Counted from the stretch's first letter, positions 43,976 to 56,494 are shown. The stretch is DNA of 64,000 nucleotides from an uncultured Nitrososphaeraceae archaeon (GCA_963765895.1 CAVXZB010000023.1:160001-224000), one strand, 5' to 3'. Notes: a model not told the origin generated them from the letters alone. Translations and numbers: made by a program.

Positions 43976-45205
43976 TCAGCCAATCGGGTGTTGATCTCTG
44001 TTTACTGTATATTCTCTGCCATGCCAATCAACTGCATTTTGTTTGTTCGCATCTAAATTTGATGATATAAAGGATGCAGAAATGACAGCACCGCCTACTG
44101 GCGAAGCAAAGGCATAAATTAATTTCTCACGAATACCAAATTTTAGCTGAACCGCATCAGTTATGATTATTAACACAATAGTTCCTAAATCCGATGAAAT
44201 TAAAATAAAAAACAACAATCTTTCTAAATTATATCCATTAAGGATCAGGAATATGGAGTAGGGGAGGATGATGAACGGTCCAATTAGTAAAAAAAGGAGC
44301 GCGACAGTCAACAAGATAGTCCGGTTCTTGTGTTGAGAATACATAGGAATAACCAATCTTCGCAATCCGTTCCATAATGTCTCCAGGTCTCTAGCCCATA
44401 CAGCTTGAATATCACCCTCGCCACGAAACATTTTCATTTCATATTTCCCCCGTTTGACCTTACCCCCCAAAGCCCCATCCTCTATAAGTTCCTGCTTTAC
44501 ACTTTCATGAGTACCTATTTTTTCGTATGTTTGCCTAGTTATTAGAAAAAAACTTCCAAAAAAGTAGCCTATAGTTGTATTAGGATCATTGACTCTCAAA
44601 GCAGAAAAACGAGTATGTAAAAAAATCGAAAGCATTGGTACAGTGATTCTCGTCCAAATTTCATTGCACATTAATCTTGGAACAACGGTTAGAGCCTTTA
44701 ATTTCTGCGCCATCATTACTGTAATGGCTCTAGTCATTAGTTGAGAGCTATGAACGGTATCTGCATCAGTAAATAACAAAATATCACCACTAGACCTTAG
44801 ATATCCTTGGTAGCAGGCCCAGTTTTTTCCAACCCAGCCTTTAGGTGCTGGGTCGGCATCTATTACGACAAGTCTACGATCATTTTTAGAGTATTGATCC
44901 ATGATTTCACCAGTCCGGTCAGTGGAAAAATCATTAATAGCGATGATTTCAAAATTGGGATAGTCTTGTCCTATTAAACTATCAAGACATTTTGCAATAT
45001 ACTGTTCCTCATTAAGGGCTGGTACTATAACACTCACCTTTGGAAAAGTCTCCAGCCGCAATTCGACAGCCTCAGTCAGCACAGGAGATCTTCTATAGGA
45101 CTTTATAGAATAAAGTAGGAGATATACCCAAGTACCCAGGATTGCAATCATAATGGCTCCTAGAAGAATATTAATCAGTAGAGGGAAGTTTAAACTTGAA
45201 TCCAA
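43976..45205 (-). CDS. Membrane GT2 glycosyltransferase
   Basis: VSVIVPALNE, GWVGK, FTDAD, ELIED; N- and C-terminal TM segments. Confidence 0.88.
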   Translation of the reverse strand: MDSSLNFPLLINILLGAIMIAILGTWVYLLLYSIKSYRRSPVLTEAVELRLETFPKVSVIVPALNEEQYIAKCLDSLIGQDYPNFEIIAINDFSTDRTGEIMDQYSKNDRRLVVIDADPAPKGWVGKNWACYQGYLRSSGDILLFTDADTVHSSQLMTRAITVMMAQKLKALTVVPRLMCNEIWTRITVPMLSIFLHTRFSALRVNDPNTTIGYFFGSFFLITRQTYEKIGTHESVKQELIEDGALGGKVKRGKYEMKMFRGEGDIQAVWARDLETLWNGLRRLVIPMYSQHKNRTILLTVALLFLLIGPFIILPYSIFLILNGYNLERLLFFILISSDLGTIVLIIITDAVQLKFGIREKLIYAFASPVGGAVISASFISSNLDANKQNAVDWHGREYTVNRDQHPIG

Positions 45206-45463
45206 TTCTTTGGTATACGATACTGAATTAATTGACAGATATAGATTACGATCCTGACTTCATGAGGAGAGCATAGCGCCTACGCCATCGCCTCTCGGAA
45301 ACAGAATGTTTAGAAATTAGGAGCAAGCCAAAAGAATCTTCGAACTAAACATTATTCCGCACTGATTTTAATGAAAATGCCCTTTTTCGACGATGTAATC
45401 ATTCATAATATCACAGTCTTAACATATTTTTGCCAGGATATCAATGGTCTGTACAAATTTGGG

Positions 45464-45544
45464 ATTATTATTATTATTATTAATGCCAAATTATGTCTCT
45501 ATAAAGGTTAGGTTAAGTTAGGTTGGGCTGGGTTGGGCGTGGTT
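45464..45544 (+). repeat. (ATT)6 microsatellite followed by a GGTTR-type pentamer array
   Basis: 45464-81 (ATT)6; 45506-44 GGTTA GGTTA AGTTA GGTTG GGCTG GGTTG GGCGT GGTT. Confidence 0.75.
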
Positions 45545-45764
45545 CTCCTAGTAATTCATGCCAATTCTGCCGCATATCGTTCTAATGGATTGGTCAACGT
45601 AAATGAGCTAGCGAGCATATTTCAGATCCTCAGTGTAAGCCGTCGTTCATAGATCCTAGCCATATCGTTATCCAGGGAATATCTATTTGACTTGCTTATA
45701 TATTGACCATCACAGGAAGAAAAGTCTATTAATGTAGAGCCAGTGCATTGGAACTGGGATTAAT

Positions 45765-46040
45765 CTATCCTCCGGCAATAGTTGATGCTTTGGTTGTTAC
45801 GAATGCTTCGCTAATTTGATGATATATTCTCAAAAAATGCAAACCTTTTTCAGTTGTACTATATGTCCTTTCGCCTTCCTGATATGTAATTAGGCCATTA
45901 CCTAGTAGTTGAGATAAATATTCTTTAAGCTGCACGTATGAAAGGTAGGCTTTGTACATTATCCTAATTTGCGTAGCCTTTCTTCCCCTTGCGATCTCCA
46001 AGATCAGCGCAATTATTTCTAGATTATTTCTATTCTTCAC
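45765..46040 (-). CDS. Winged-helix (HTH_45-like) transcriptional regulator
   Basis: R..LEIIALIL...TQIRIMYKAYLSY.QL..YL...Y.TTEKG. Confidence 0.85.
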   Translation of the reverse strand: MKNRNNLEIIALILEIARGRKATQIRIMYKAYLSYVQLKEYLSQLLGNGLITYQEGERTYSTTEKGLHFLRIYHQISEAFVTTKASTIAGG

Positions 46041-46519
46041 TCTAATATCGTAAATTTATACGAACATTGAATAAAAACCTCGTCAAACACTATTATAGAA
46101 GCGATTACTATATTGAGGTAACAATAAAGTTCTAGTCTTATTAAATCTTAGGAGTGTACTATATGTTTCTTTTTATTCATACAATTTTTCCGACACAGAG
46201 TCTAAGGAGGCACAGAGATGTTAAAGTTATTGAACGAAGGCATTGATTCAATTCATAATCGGAAATCGTGATGTAATTTTCATATTATCTGCCTAGTTCA
46301 TTCATAAAAAACAATTTGCTAGAAAAAACCGCGAGGAAACTGAAGTGTTGAATTCTAGACCAAGATTCGATTTAATAAATTGCGAAATCTAGACAAACGA
46401 GTAGTCTTATCGCCCTCGAGCACTAGAGGGGATCTACTTTAGACTATCAAAAAATCTATGTTACTTGGCCTTTAGTATCTACGCACCGATTAGCACTACA
46501 GAGATACAGCAAATTATGC

Positions 46520-47239
46520 TCAACCAATACCAGGACTGGAATTTTGTGAACTCTTTTGGTTTTGAATGCCTTGTAGTATTGCTTCGTATTGTTTGTCCAG
46601 AGATCTAGTGTTGAGTGGTATTCCTTCAATTCTGGCGAAGGCCTTCACGATACTTTTTGCAGCCAAGGGTTGGGGGAAGGTTGTTTCAGAAATCTCTCCG
46701 AAAAGACCTAGGGCATCTACTTTTCTTTCCCTAGCGAGTCCAAGTATCAAACCATTGAACCATGTTATACTATCAATTTCATTCCCAATCAGTTCTATTT
46801 TGAATTTTGTCAATATACTTTTGAGATCCGGATTGTTTACTACGCCGCAAACTCTCGGAGCACCTGTTACTTGTTCCCTAAAATATCCTCCTGCAGCATA
46901 TAGGAGCCTAACTCTTCCAACTTCTAGTGTGTAGTCTAGAAGGAGATTACATAGTTTGTGAAGCTCCCTAGTCTCTTGCGGTTGGGTGTTGCCTGTAAAA
47001 ATTAGCAGATTAGCATCCTCACTAAAATAGATTTGGTAGGAATCAACCGTGCACCTTGCTACACCATTTTTGTACGAAACCCAAGGCTTTTCATCTGAGA
47101 TTATTTCTGCTACAAATTCTGTCTTGAGGTTTTCTGCCAGGTAGGAAGAGGCAATTCCTCCTACCTTACCAATATCAGGTAATGATGCGAAAAGAATAAA
47201 ATTATCTGATTTGATATCTTTTATTTTATTGAATTTCAT
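46520..47239 (-). CDS. PAC2-family proteasome assembly chaperone
   Basis: LPDIGKVG, FTGNTQP, AAGGY, GLILG. Confidence 0.8.
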   Translation of the reverse strand: MKFNKIKDIKSDNFILFASLPDIGKVGGIASSYLAENLKTEFVAEIISDEKPWVSYKNGVARCTVDSYQIYFSEDANLLIFTGNTQPQETRELHKLCNLLLDYTLEVGRVRLLYAAGGYFREQVTGAPRVCGVVNNPDLKSILTKFKIELIGNEIDSITWFNGLILGLARERKVDALGLFGEISETTFPQPLAAKSIVKAFARIEGIPLNTRSLDKQYEAILQGIQNQKSSQNSSPGIG

Positions 47240-47603
47240 TTTTCATTTTTCTTGGCTTTATAGATGTTTCACTTGGGAGGAAATAGCGCAAAGTTTATTA
47301 GGGAAAAATTCGATCCCTTTAGAGAGCTTTGCATAAACAGTTTGAGATACCATAAGCATAGGTTTGTGTCGGTTCATGAATATCGCAGATTCATAGGGTA
47401 TGCGAATAACTGGTATATTAGTCACATCGATTGTATAAAGTAAAGCATGAATAAAAATCATACCATGCTTACAATAAAAGATGATCTGTGTTTGGAGTTA
47501 CTTTAATTGAGGATTATCAAATATCAGAAATAGAGTAGGAGCTGCTTGAGAAGCCGTAAATGCAATGGGCTGGGATTATTTACATTAAAAAATTTAGCTA
47601 AAT

Positions 47604-47960
47604 CTATCGGATTTGTTCGTCTATATTATCGATACATTGTAAATATAAATCCCGGCTTCTTTTTATTATCCATTTTGCAAAATCGTCCAAGTTAAATACG
47701 TACTGTTGTTGAAAACTTGGCGGTATGAAGCCTCCGTGCGTTAAAACTTGGACTATTACATATTTCTCGTTGATTGTTGCTACTTCTTCTTCTGCGGCAG
47801 ATTCCGACTCCTCAACAATATTTCTGTATAGTAGAATTGGTCTCTTTTTCTTTCTAGATAAAAGTGATGCATGAGTTAGTTTGTCTCTAAACTGTTCCAC
47901 TAGCCAACCGTCTAGCGTTACCTGCCTCCTATTGATAGCCAGTTGCTCCTTTCTTATCAA
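47604..47960 (-). CDS. Hypothetical protein
   Basis: 118-aa ORF with HGGFIPPSFQQQYVF; TATA upstream. Confidence 0.65.
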   Translation of the reverse strand: MIRKEQLAINRRQVTLDGWLVEQFRDKLTHASLLSRKKKRPILLYRNIVEESESAAEEEVATINEKYVIVQVLTHGGFIPPSFQQQYVFNLDDFAKWIIKRSRDLYLQCIDNIDEQIR

Positions 47961-48592
47961 AGTACTAACTATAATACCTTTCTAATTGGCATATATTATA
48001 ACATAGATGGTAATATTTTTTGACTATGTAAATAGATATCTTTCATAAACTTGGAAATTTGAATGCAAAAATGATGCTAGTTAGTAACGATGGCTTCCGA
48101 TTAAGATTTATCATATTCGCTCTTCGAACCCAAAAGAACTGTTGAACTTGTCATGTCCTCAATCTATATAATCTCTCTTTTTAACGTTTAAGTCGTCGCT
48201 TCCGACGGAACATATTAGTCATTTATGATAACACAGTCGGTTTAAACCTCTCCAAATCCAAAAGTCTTTTTATGTTTGAATTATTTTCGGGTTCAGATGG
48301 AGGAGCTCTGATTGACCTTTTTATTATTGGTAGTTCTTTTTAATTCAAATCTTCTTATTATATGCTGTATTATTGAATAATTATCAATAGGCTGTATAAT
48401 ATTTGTGAAACGACGTATTGAAAACAAAATTAATAATGATCTTATCCAAGTTTCTAAGAAAATATACCAACTTGATTTGGATAACCCCACAGATCATCCT
48501 AGACTATTAGAATGAGCGCAACGCGGTACTCTAATGATAATCAGGCTAATTAGGCTTGGCCTAGATAGAAGTATTATTGAGTTTGACTGCCA

Positions 48593-49928
48593 TTGGCACA
48601 TATAGAGCATAGATCTAATGAAATAAACATGATTCCAATTAACAAGCCAATGATAGGTGAAGAGGAACGGCGTGAAGTATTAGAGGTTTTAGATGAAAAT
48701 TCCACCCTCACATCGCCTGCAAAGGATGGTGGTAAAAAGGTACAAAATTTTGAACAACTTTTACGCGAGTTTCTGCATGTAAAACATGCAATAGCCGTGA
48801 ACTCAGGCACGGCGGCTTTGTATTCTTCCTTCGTCGCTCTTGGGATAAAGCCAGGTGACGAGATTATATTGCCATCATTTACATTTGTTGCTACGGCAAA
48901 TGCTGTCATAGCTGCTGGCGGTAAACCAGTTTTCGTTGATATTAAGAAACAGGAATCCGATTATACTATGGATATTCAAGATTTGAAATCGAAATTTACG
49001 GATAAAACTAGAGTAGTTGTGCCGGTTCATCTCTATGGAAACCCGGCTAATTTAGATGAAATCGGTGAAGTTTTGCGACAGTCCTCGAATGGTTATGTGG
49101 ATATTGTCGAGGACGCATGCCAATCGCTTGGTTCGACATATAGGAAACAACAGACAGGTACATTCGGTCTAATGGGCTGCTTTAGCATGTACGCTAGTAA
49201 GGTAGTAACATCAGGCGAAGGAGGAGCAATAGTGACTAATAGTGATGAGATCGCTGATCGACTAAAGATGATCAGAAACCACGGCATGGTGGAAGGGTAT
49301 GATACTCGCATTTTCGGTTTAAATTTGCGTTTACCAGAAATGAGTGCAGCCGTGGCTAAGGCCCAAATGTTAAAGCTTCCTAAAATGTTAACTCAAAGGA
49401 GACGAAACGCCAAACTGCTGACCGAGCTATTATCAGATTCAGGTACCAACTCTACAAAAAGCGTAGCTGAATTTGTAACACTTCCAGAGCATAAAAGGGG
49501 CATCGATGAGAAGGAACCCAATTGGTATTTGTACACTTTGGCTTTTACAAGGGATGGGATCAGAGATAATATACTGAAAAAGTTGATAACTGAGTACAAG
49601 ATTGGCGCGGCTGTGTATTATGACCCTCCAGTTCACAAAACGCCATTTTACGAAGAGATGGCACTTATTTCAAGGGCTCCAGGTGTTAATATTCCGACGC
49701 CTATTGCCAATGACAAACACTCTCATCAGCTGGAGCCATCTACTGGTAATTCAACGAAAAAGTCTATTGAAAATAGCGACATTAAAACTAACGGCATAAA
49801 GCTAACAAATACGAACTGGGCAAGTAAGCATGTACCTATCATTACCTGTACATCCACTTTTAACCGATCAGGATATAAACTATATTGCGGCTAGTCTAAT
49901 CGAGACAGTAAGCTCGTTTGCTTCGTAA
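48593..49928 (+). CDS. DegT/DnrJ/EryC1/StrS aminotransferase (apparent frameshift ~49836)
   Basis: NSGTAAL, TFVAT, EDACQ, FSMYASK, GEGG; restored end LSLPVHPLL...FAS*. Confidence 0.9.
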
Positions 49929-50311
49929 TTAGATGTCAGATTTAGATTGTCAGGTTGTACACCTAATATGCCAGACTTTTTGTATAATTTTATTCGATTG
50001 GAATTATGAAGTCAAAATAGCCCGCAAATCTACAAGCACTAACATTTGTAGGTCATTCAAATTATTTCTTTGGAGGAAGTATTGGATTAACGAGAGCGTT
50101 AAGCCCTTTATGAAGGACAATTAGGCTGGTTTGCTAATTAAATCTGTCTCGATAACCACTAATGGAACCTGAATTAGATATGGCGCGAATTAATTAAGCG
50201 GGACCACGTCAACAAGATATTTATCTTCAGAAGTAGGAAGATGGAGCTGAGACAAGGTCGAAATCGCATATGGTTTAAATAATATGTAAATCGATTAGTT
50301 TTAGATATAAT

Positions 50312-50848
50312 ATGCCAATAGATCCAGACTTTCCGAAAAACCATCAAGTGATTGGTAAACATTCGCTTTCTGACGATGAACACTACCATTATGTTTGGGG
50401 TCCAGGCAGAGCTGCAGAAGCTACAGAAAACGAAGAAGTCAAAGCGGCCTTTGCTGCTAGAGGAGAACAACAAGTCCCTCTGGGTGTACACGGCACTATG
50501 GTTGCAATTGATTGGGACTCTTGTGTTGCTGATGGAGCTTGCATCGAGGCCTGCCCAGTCCAAGTATTCCAATGGTACAGGACAGAACAAGATGAGCCTC
50601 CTCAGCAAATGGTCAATGCTACAAGCGCAGGGACAGGAAGTACAGTTAAGGAAGAGAGAAAGGATTATACTGACAAGGCTGATCCGATACGAGAACATGA
50701 CTGTATTTGGTGCATGGCCTGTGTTTCTGTTTGCCCTCCGCAGGCAGTAAAAGTAGACCAGTCGAGCCTAGAGTTTCACGAAAAGGCATCAGGTACATTT
50801 AACGAGGCACTTTCAAAAGGTAGCGCGCCCCCTCCACACGCTCACTAA
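50312..50848 (+). CDS. Dicluster ferredoxin with N-terminal His-containing extension (Zfx-like)
   Basis: GVHGTMVAIDWDSCVADGACIEACP and CIWCMACVSVCP. Confidence 0.88.
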   Translation: MPIDPDFPKNHQVIGKHSLSDDEHYHYVWGPGRAAEATENEEVKAAFAARGEQQVPLGVHGTMVAIDWDSCVADGACIEACPVQVFQWYRTEQDEPPQQMVNATSAGTGSTVKEERKDYTDKADPIREHDCIWCMACVSVCPPQAVKVDQSSLEFHEKASGTFNEALSKGSAPPPHAH

Positions 50849-51093
50849 ATTTCGGACATCAACTTTCTTTATTTTTCTATTATTCACTCTCACTCAATGC
50901 TAGAATTGATTCCTTGATGCATCAAGATACTGGATATGTCCGAACAGTCAGTCACTGCCAGATTTGATTTCCAATCAATATAACCGATCGAAACTATGGA
51001 CTTCGACCTTTAGACATCAAGTTAAGGGGAAACTAAAATTCAAAATTATCATCGTGTCAAGATATCTTACAGAAATTTAAAAACAATTTGCAG

Positions 51094-51510
51094 TTATTCA
51101 ACCGTCTTATCATATTCATCCTGCTTTAGTTTGTCAGAAAATGAAATCAGCTTTCCATGATCTTCAATTTTAATATTATTATTTACTCTTATACTTAATC
51201 CCACAGATCTGAAAAGCGCTAATAGTTCTCCACCGGAGATCGATTGATTTAGTTCTCCGATTTTAATTAATTCTACAATTTTGTGAACGATAGATTTAGT
51301 TTGAACCGGAAATTGAGACTCGGCCAGACGTAATACCTCATCTCCTCTATCGTGTAAATAATCTAACATAATCTCTCTGTCTGTCCTTCGTGATTTTGAT
51401 TCAGCTTCTTGCCTTTTCAATTTCTCCCTCTCCATCATAGACATGTACTCACGCAACTCCTTCATTTTACGAGCTTTAATAATTGCTAAATCAGCGTCTT
51501 CTTCCGACAT
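51094..51510 (-). CDS. PDCD5-like dsDNA-binding domain protein
   Basis: DLAIIKARKMKEL; RGDEVL; ISGGELLALFR; overlaps rtcB stop. Confidence 0.7.
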   Translation of the reverse strand: MSEEDADLAIIKARKMKELREYMSMMEREKLKRQEAESKSRRTDREIMLDYLHDRGDEVLRLAESQFPVQTKSIVHKIVELIKIGELNQSISGGELLALFRSVGLSIRVNNNIKIEDHGKLISFSDKLKQDEYDKTVE

Positions 51511-52986
51511 TAGCCTTTCATTACTCCAATTGGAACCAACCGTATTGCTTTTGTGGCTATACCAAGTGAGTGTGACACATTGACTACAGAGTCTACATCC
51601 TTGTATGCATAAGGAGATTCTTCTACTATTCCATCCTTTGTTAGAGATTTTATGTAAATCCCTCTTGATTCTAGGCTTTTCCTTACATTGTCCACCGTAT
51701 AGTTTCTTTTTGCCGCCAATCTAGACATTGCCCTTCCAGCTCCATGTGCAGTGGATCCAAAACTCAAATATTCAGATTTTCCATTACCCAAAAGGAGCCA
51801 GCTTGCAGTCCCCATAGATCCTGGTATTATCACAGGTTGGCCAAGGTTACGATATTTACTGGGTATTTCATTCATACCTAGAGAGAATGCTCTTGTTGCA
51901 CCCTTTCTATGTACAACAAGATCGCAAAGTCCTCGGTCATCTACTTTGTGAGACTCTACCTTTGCAATATTATGGGATACATCATATACAACTTGCATAT
52001 TCAAATCATTTTCACTCAATTTCAAAACCTTTTCAAATGTTTTTCTTACCCAATGAGTTATAATCTGTCTGTTTGACCATGCAAAATTTAATGCAGAAAA
52101 CATTCCCTTAAGATAGGCCTTGCCCTCGGATGACTGATAAGGAACGCAGGCAAGCTCTCTATCAGGAATCTTAATGTCATATTTCTTCAATGCTCCTTCT
52201 GATATTTTCAGATAGTCGCTGCAAACTTGATGGCCAAAGCCCCTAGAACCGCAATGAATAAGAATAGCCAATTGACCTTCCTTTTCAAATCCCATTGATT
52301 TTGCAGCATTATTATCAAAGATTTCATCTACTTTTTGTATTTCTAGAAAATGATTACCAGAACCCAGGCTCCCTAATTGATTGCTTCCACGTTTTTTGGC
52401 CGTCTCGGAAACCATGCTAGGATCAGCTCCTGCCATCATTCCTCCTTCCTCACATACTTCTAGATCCTCGGGCCATCCATAACCTTGAGAAACGACGGAT
52501 TTTGCACCTTCTAAAAGAAAATTATCAAGATCTGATCTACCTAGTTTGGCCGACTCCCTGGCCACCGACACCAGAAGGGATGGCCCTAAAGAGTTCATCA
52601 ACGAGAGTTCTGATGTCACCTTTTAAATCCTGTTCAGATAGGTTAGTCCTAATCAATCTCACGCCACAATTGATATCATATCCGACTCCACCGGGGCTGA
52701 TAACTCCGTCTTCAATATCAGTAGCAGCAACCGAGCCCACAGGAAATCCATAACCTTCATGCCCATCAGGAAGTACAACAACATGCTTGCGCACGCCAGG
52801 TAGGGTAGATACATTAGCCGCCTGATGTATAGTTCTATCCAGCAGCATTTTTGAAAGCAGATTATCGTCCGCATAAATCGTGATTGGTACCCTCATCCCA
52901 TGAGATTCATCTCTTTCCAAAGTGAATTCAAAATCACTAATTTTCCTGACCTTGTGATTGCCAACTTTGGTTAATAATTCAGACAT
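51510..52986 (-). CDS. rtcB: RNA ligase RtcB (apparent frameshift ~52550)
   Basis: PDGHEGYGFP, GYDINCG, GSGNHF, HCGSRG, HRKGAT, PGSMG, HGAGR, YKD. Confidence 0.94.
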
Positions 52987-53138
52987 ATGTAATATGGTGA
53001 ATTTCACTGGAAGTTATTATAAGCGTTCCCTTAGGCCGATAGTGAGAAATTGGTTGTTATGTCAATGTAGCATCTAATTGAGAAATGAAGTCGATTGTGG
53101 TGCGGGAATTGAATGAAATGTTGAGAAAAATAAGCACA

Positions 53139-54224
53139 TTAAAACCTGTCTATTATTACTCGCAAACCAAGATAGTTCTCCGTCGCCAACAACGCATTTT
53201 TTACTTCTATAAGAGAATAATGATGACTTATAATTTCTGACAATTTGATTTGACCTGTGGATACCAGATCTGCACCTTTCTTCAACATATTCGGAGTGGA
53301 ACTAAAGCTGCCAGTTACAGTGACTTGGTTATAATGAAGCCAGTTGAGATCTAAAGGCACAGAGCATCTTCCGATAAGTCCTGCGAAAATATTGATCCTA
53401 GAATTCTTTGCAGCAATTTTTAAAGCAAATTCGAAAGCAGCTGGACTACTGGTGGCAACAATAATCGAGTCCGCGCCATAACCATCTGTGTAGCACATCA
53501 CTCGTCTAAGTGTATCTTCATCATATCTACTATCATCCATATTGTTCCTGTTAAAGAATAGTGACAAATCTGCTCCAAGAGACGTAGCTTTAGCCAACCT
53601 TCCAGGGATTTTCCCGATCATGATTGTTCTCGTTCCGATGCTTTTTGATAACAATAGGTGAAGCAAACCTATAGGGCCATCTCCGATAATTGCCATTGTT
53701 CCCCCCGGACCAAGTCCCCGGCCTAGATTGATTTGACTATTTAGGCAGCACGCTAATGGCTCAAGTAAAGCGGCTTCATCGTCATTGATATTGTCCGGGA
53801 CAGGAACTAACCCGCCTATTTTGACCAATTGTGTTGGTATGTCAATGTATTCAGCAAACCCTCCGTTTATGGTGGATCCGATTTCTCTCAAGTGGAGACA
53901 AAGATTATATTCATTCCTACTGCAATACCTGCATCTCATGCATGGCACAATAGGCGAAACCGTAACTCTGGTTCCCGCTTTTATTAAAATCTCTTTACCA
54001 CCGAGTCCCGAATAAACATCCTTAGTAATCTCGCCACAAATCTCATGTCCCAATATAATAGGTGGAGTAACTTTCGAGTGTCCATTTCTGAAAACGCGAA
54101 CATCATAGCCACAAACTGCACACGCCTTAAGTTTAAGAGCAATTCCATCTTTGTTATTGATACTGGTTAGATAATTTTCTTTATTGACGATATTACCAGG
54201 ACCATAGAATACTGCGGCGCGCAT
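53139..54224 (-). CDS. Zn-dependent alcohol/polyol dehydrogenase (MDR)
   Basis: CGYD, GHE, CMRCRYC...C, GDGPIG. Confidence 0.88.
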   Translation of the reverse strand: MRAAVFYGPGNIVNKENYLTSINNKDGIALKLKACAVCGYDVRVFRNGHSKVTPPIILGHEICGEITKDVYSGLGGKEILIKAGTRVTVSPIVPCMRCRYCSRNEYNLCLHLREIGSTINGGFAEYIDIPTQLVKIGGLVPVPDNINDDEAALLEPLACCLNSQINLGRGLGPGGTMAIIGDGPIGLLHLLLSKSIGTRTIMIGKIPGRLAKATSLGADLSLFFNRNNMDDSRYDEDTLRRVMCYTDGYGADSIIVATSSPAAFEFALKIAAKNSRINIFAGLIGRCSVPLDLNWLHYNQVTVTGSFSSTPNMLKKGADLVSTGQIKLSEIISHHYSLIEVKNALLATENYLGLRVIIDRF

Positions 54225-54478
54225 ATTTCAAAGTGTTAATTGTATCCTTAAAATACGCTACTATGTTTTGCCAAATGCACTATTTGCAACATGTATATTA
54301 TCATCTTTTCGAATTCGTCTGGAACGTTCTACTTTAGTTGAATATTTAATAATGGGCTGAGACAACCAGTAGATCTTTTTCCAGTCCTTAATCTAAATCA
54401 CCCTCCAAAGGGATATGTTTGTGGGAACGCTAATCTGTACAGGATTTTAAATTAGAAATACCGCTGGAGTATTAAAGA

Positions 54479-55426
54479 TTACCACTTTAGGTTTTCAGTC
54501 TTCCGCATGTAATAGTATAGGTATTGTTGAGCATAGCCTGAATATTTTCCAAAGTACTGTCTCATCTTTTCTGAAATGTAGTGATATTGAAATTGGCTCA
54601 ATCCACGATCAGGTTGGAGATTGACGCTGCTATCGTTAGTACAATACACCTGCTTATAGTGTCGTTCTAGGGCTCTAGCAATCCAGATGTCGATTGGAAA
54701 GGCTTCAAGCTTGTCTAACGAAAATAACAGTATGCAATCCGCAATCTTGTTCCCAATTCCATATATCTTTAATAACGCACTTTTTGCTTCGTAATAGCTG
54801 ACATTCGAAAGAACTGAAAATTCGATCTCATGTTCAACTATACTCCTGGCGACGGCCTTGATGGCTTTAGCTCGATATCCAACGCCGCAGGATCTTATCT
54901 CGTTTATATCTGCTTTGTCTAAGCTCTTGATTGAAGGAAAGGTAAAGAAATTCCTTCCATCAAAATTAAGTCTTCGTCCAAATTTTTTTGAAAGATTTCT
55001 TAACATTTTACGAATCATCACTATATTCGTGTTACTAGAACATACAAACGATACTATGCATTGACACGGTTCCTGACGCATTATCCGCAGACCGTAAGCC
55101 TTTCTTATCGTCTTTTCCATAAGAGCGTCAGTTGATATATCCGAAAGAATTTTTGAAATATCATCATCGAGTCGGAAAACCCGAGTAGGCCAATTGTGCA
55201 TTTCAGGATATGACTCGAAGTGAATTTTTTGGACTAGGCTGAGTCTGGTATCTGTTTGGACAGGATCGTTATTAAATGAAGCAGAATAATCTGACGATAG
55301 TTTTAAAATATGGTCGCCATATGTGCCGTACCATGTACCATCAAGTTTTTCCCATAAGAACATTTGACCACTGTTAATCGTTATTTCAGGATTAAAGGCA
55401 TTAGTTAATGATAAATAATACGACAA
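54479..55426 (-). CDS. 8-oxoguanine DNA glycosylase, OGG1-like
   Basis: SGQMFLW, GLRIMRQ, GYRAK, GIGNKIADC, FPIDIW, GYAQQYL. Confidence 0.85.
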   Translation of the reverse strand: MSYYLSLTNAFNPEITINSGQMFLWEKLDGTWYGTYGDHILKLSSDYSASFNNDPVQTDTRLSLVQKIHFESYPEMHNWPTRVFRLDDDISKILSDISTDALMEKTIRKAYGLRIMRQEPCQCIVSFVCSSNTNIVMIRKMLRNLSKKFGRRLNFDGRNFFTFPSIKSLDKADINEIRSCGVGYRAKAIKAVARSIVEHEIEFSVLSNVSYYEAKSALLKIYGIGNKIADCILLFSLDKLEAFPIDIWIARALERHYKQVYCTNDSSVNLQPDRGLSQFQYHYISEKMRQYFGKYSGYAQQYLYYYMRKTENLKW

Positions 55427-55476
55427 AACTCAACAACCACCGCGCATACTTTGCTTTATAATCCTAGCCTATTTTA

Positions 55477-55674
55477 TTAAGTTGCCCTTTCCCTTATTTT
55501 CTTTAGATCATTTCTTAAGATTTCAATTATCTTGGGAATTTCTCTGGTCGCACAAGGAATGCAGATAAACTGAAAAGACAACGGGTATGTAAAATATTTC
55601 TCATTGATCGAGATATCGCGTTTACATGAAACACATTTTTTTAATTTATACGGATCGGTATTTTTTATGATCAA
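55477..55674 (-). CDS. Small zinc-finger protein
   Basis: CVSC...CIPC. Confidence 0.65.
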   Translation of the reverse strand: MIIKNTDPYKLKKCVSCKRDISINEKYFTYPLSFQFICIPCATREIPKIIEILRNDLKKIRERAT

Positions 55675-56309
55675 ACCTGCCTAGTTTCATCAATAAGACT
55701 ATAAAAGTCTGGCTATCGGCTTTACTTCTAGACCTCAACATTGACGATATACTAAGGTATATCGATGCCAGCTCACGATTCGTTTTATCAGTCTGAAATA
55801 TCTGAATAAGATTTGGTAAGTCATTATTTTGTAAAGTATTCCATTGACGGTACTCCAGGGATCAGCATTTCGCATCGTAGTCCAAAAATAACTTGTCTAT
55901 CTATAAACGAATTTAACCTAGCATTGGAGCATAATTTACAATGCAGGGCTTCCATGTTAGAAAATAATGTTTGAACCTCGATCTTTTCTCTTGTTATGTG
56001 CATATTCTATGATCATTTGTTGGAGTCGTTACTATTAATATAGACTTATAATATTTGTAGTGATAACTTGGCGCATCTATGTTGAATCAAGATACTAGGT
56101 TTGGATACAAGATTATCAATACTTCCTACGATTTATAGGGTCTATACATAATGTCACCGAAATGTTTTTCATCTCAATACCAAAAAGTCTGAATCCTCGA
56201 ATAATATGATAAAGTTACAGCGATAGTATATTATGAACTTATAATGGAACAAATATTAGGAAAAATACTCTTACTATCTGCTTAAATATTTCCGCCTATA
56301 AAAATACAT

Positions 56310-56494
56310 GTGGTCATTCAAGCAAAATGTCCAGATTGCGGAGAGAGGGCAGAAATAGATGACGATACGACAACTGCGAGATGCCATTTTTCGGCCTAAG
56401 CCTATCCTATGAATCATATCTAGAATTAATGAAAGAGCGCGCAACCAATTTGGTAACCAATTTCCAATCCAATGTGGAAAACGATCCTGCCTAA
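56310..56494 (+). CDS. Small zinc-ribbon protein (apparent 1-nt deletion ~56391)
   Basis: MVIQAKCPDCGERAEIDDDTTTARCHF[C]GLSLSYESYLELMKERATNLVTNFQSNVENDPA*. Confidence 0.6.
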
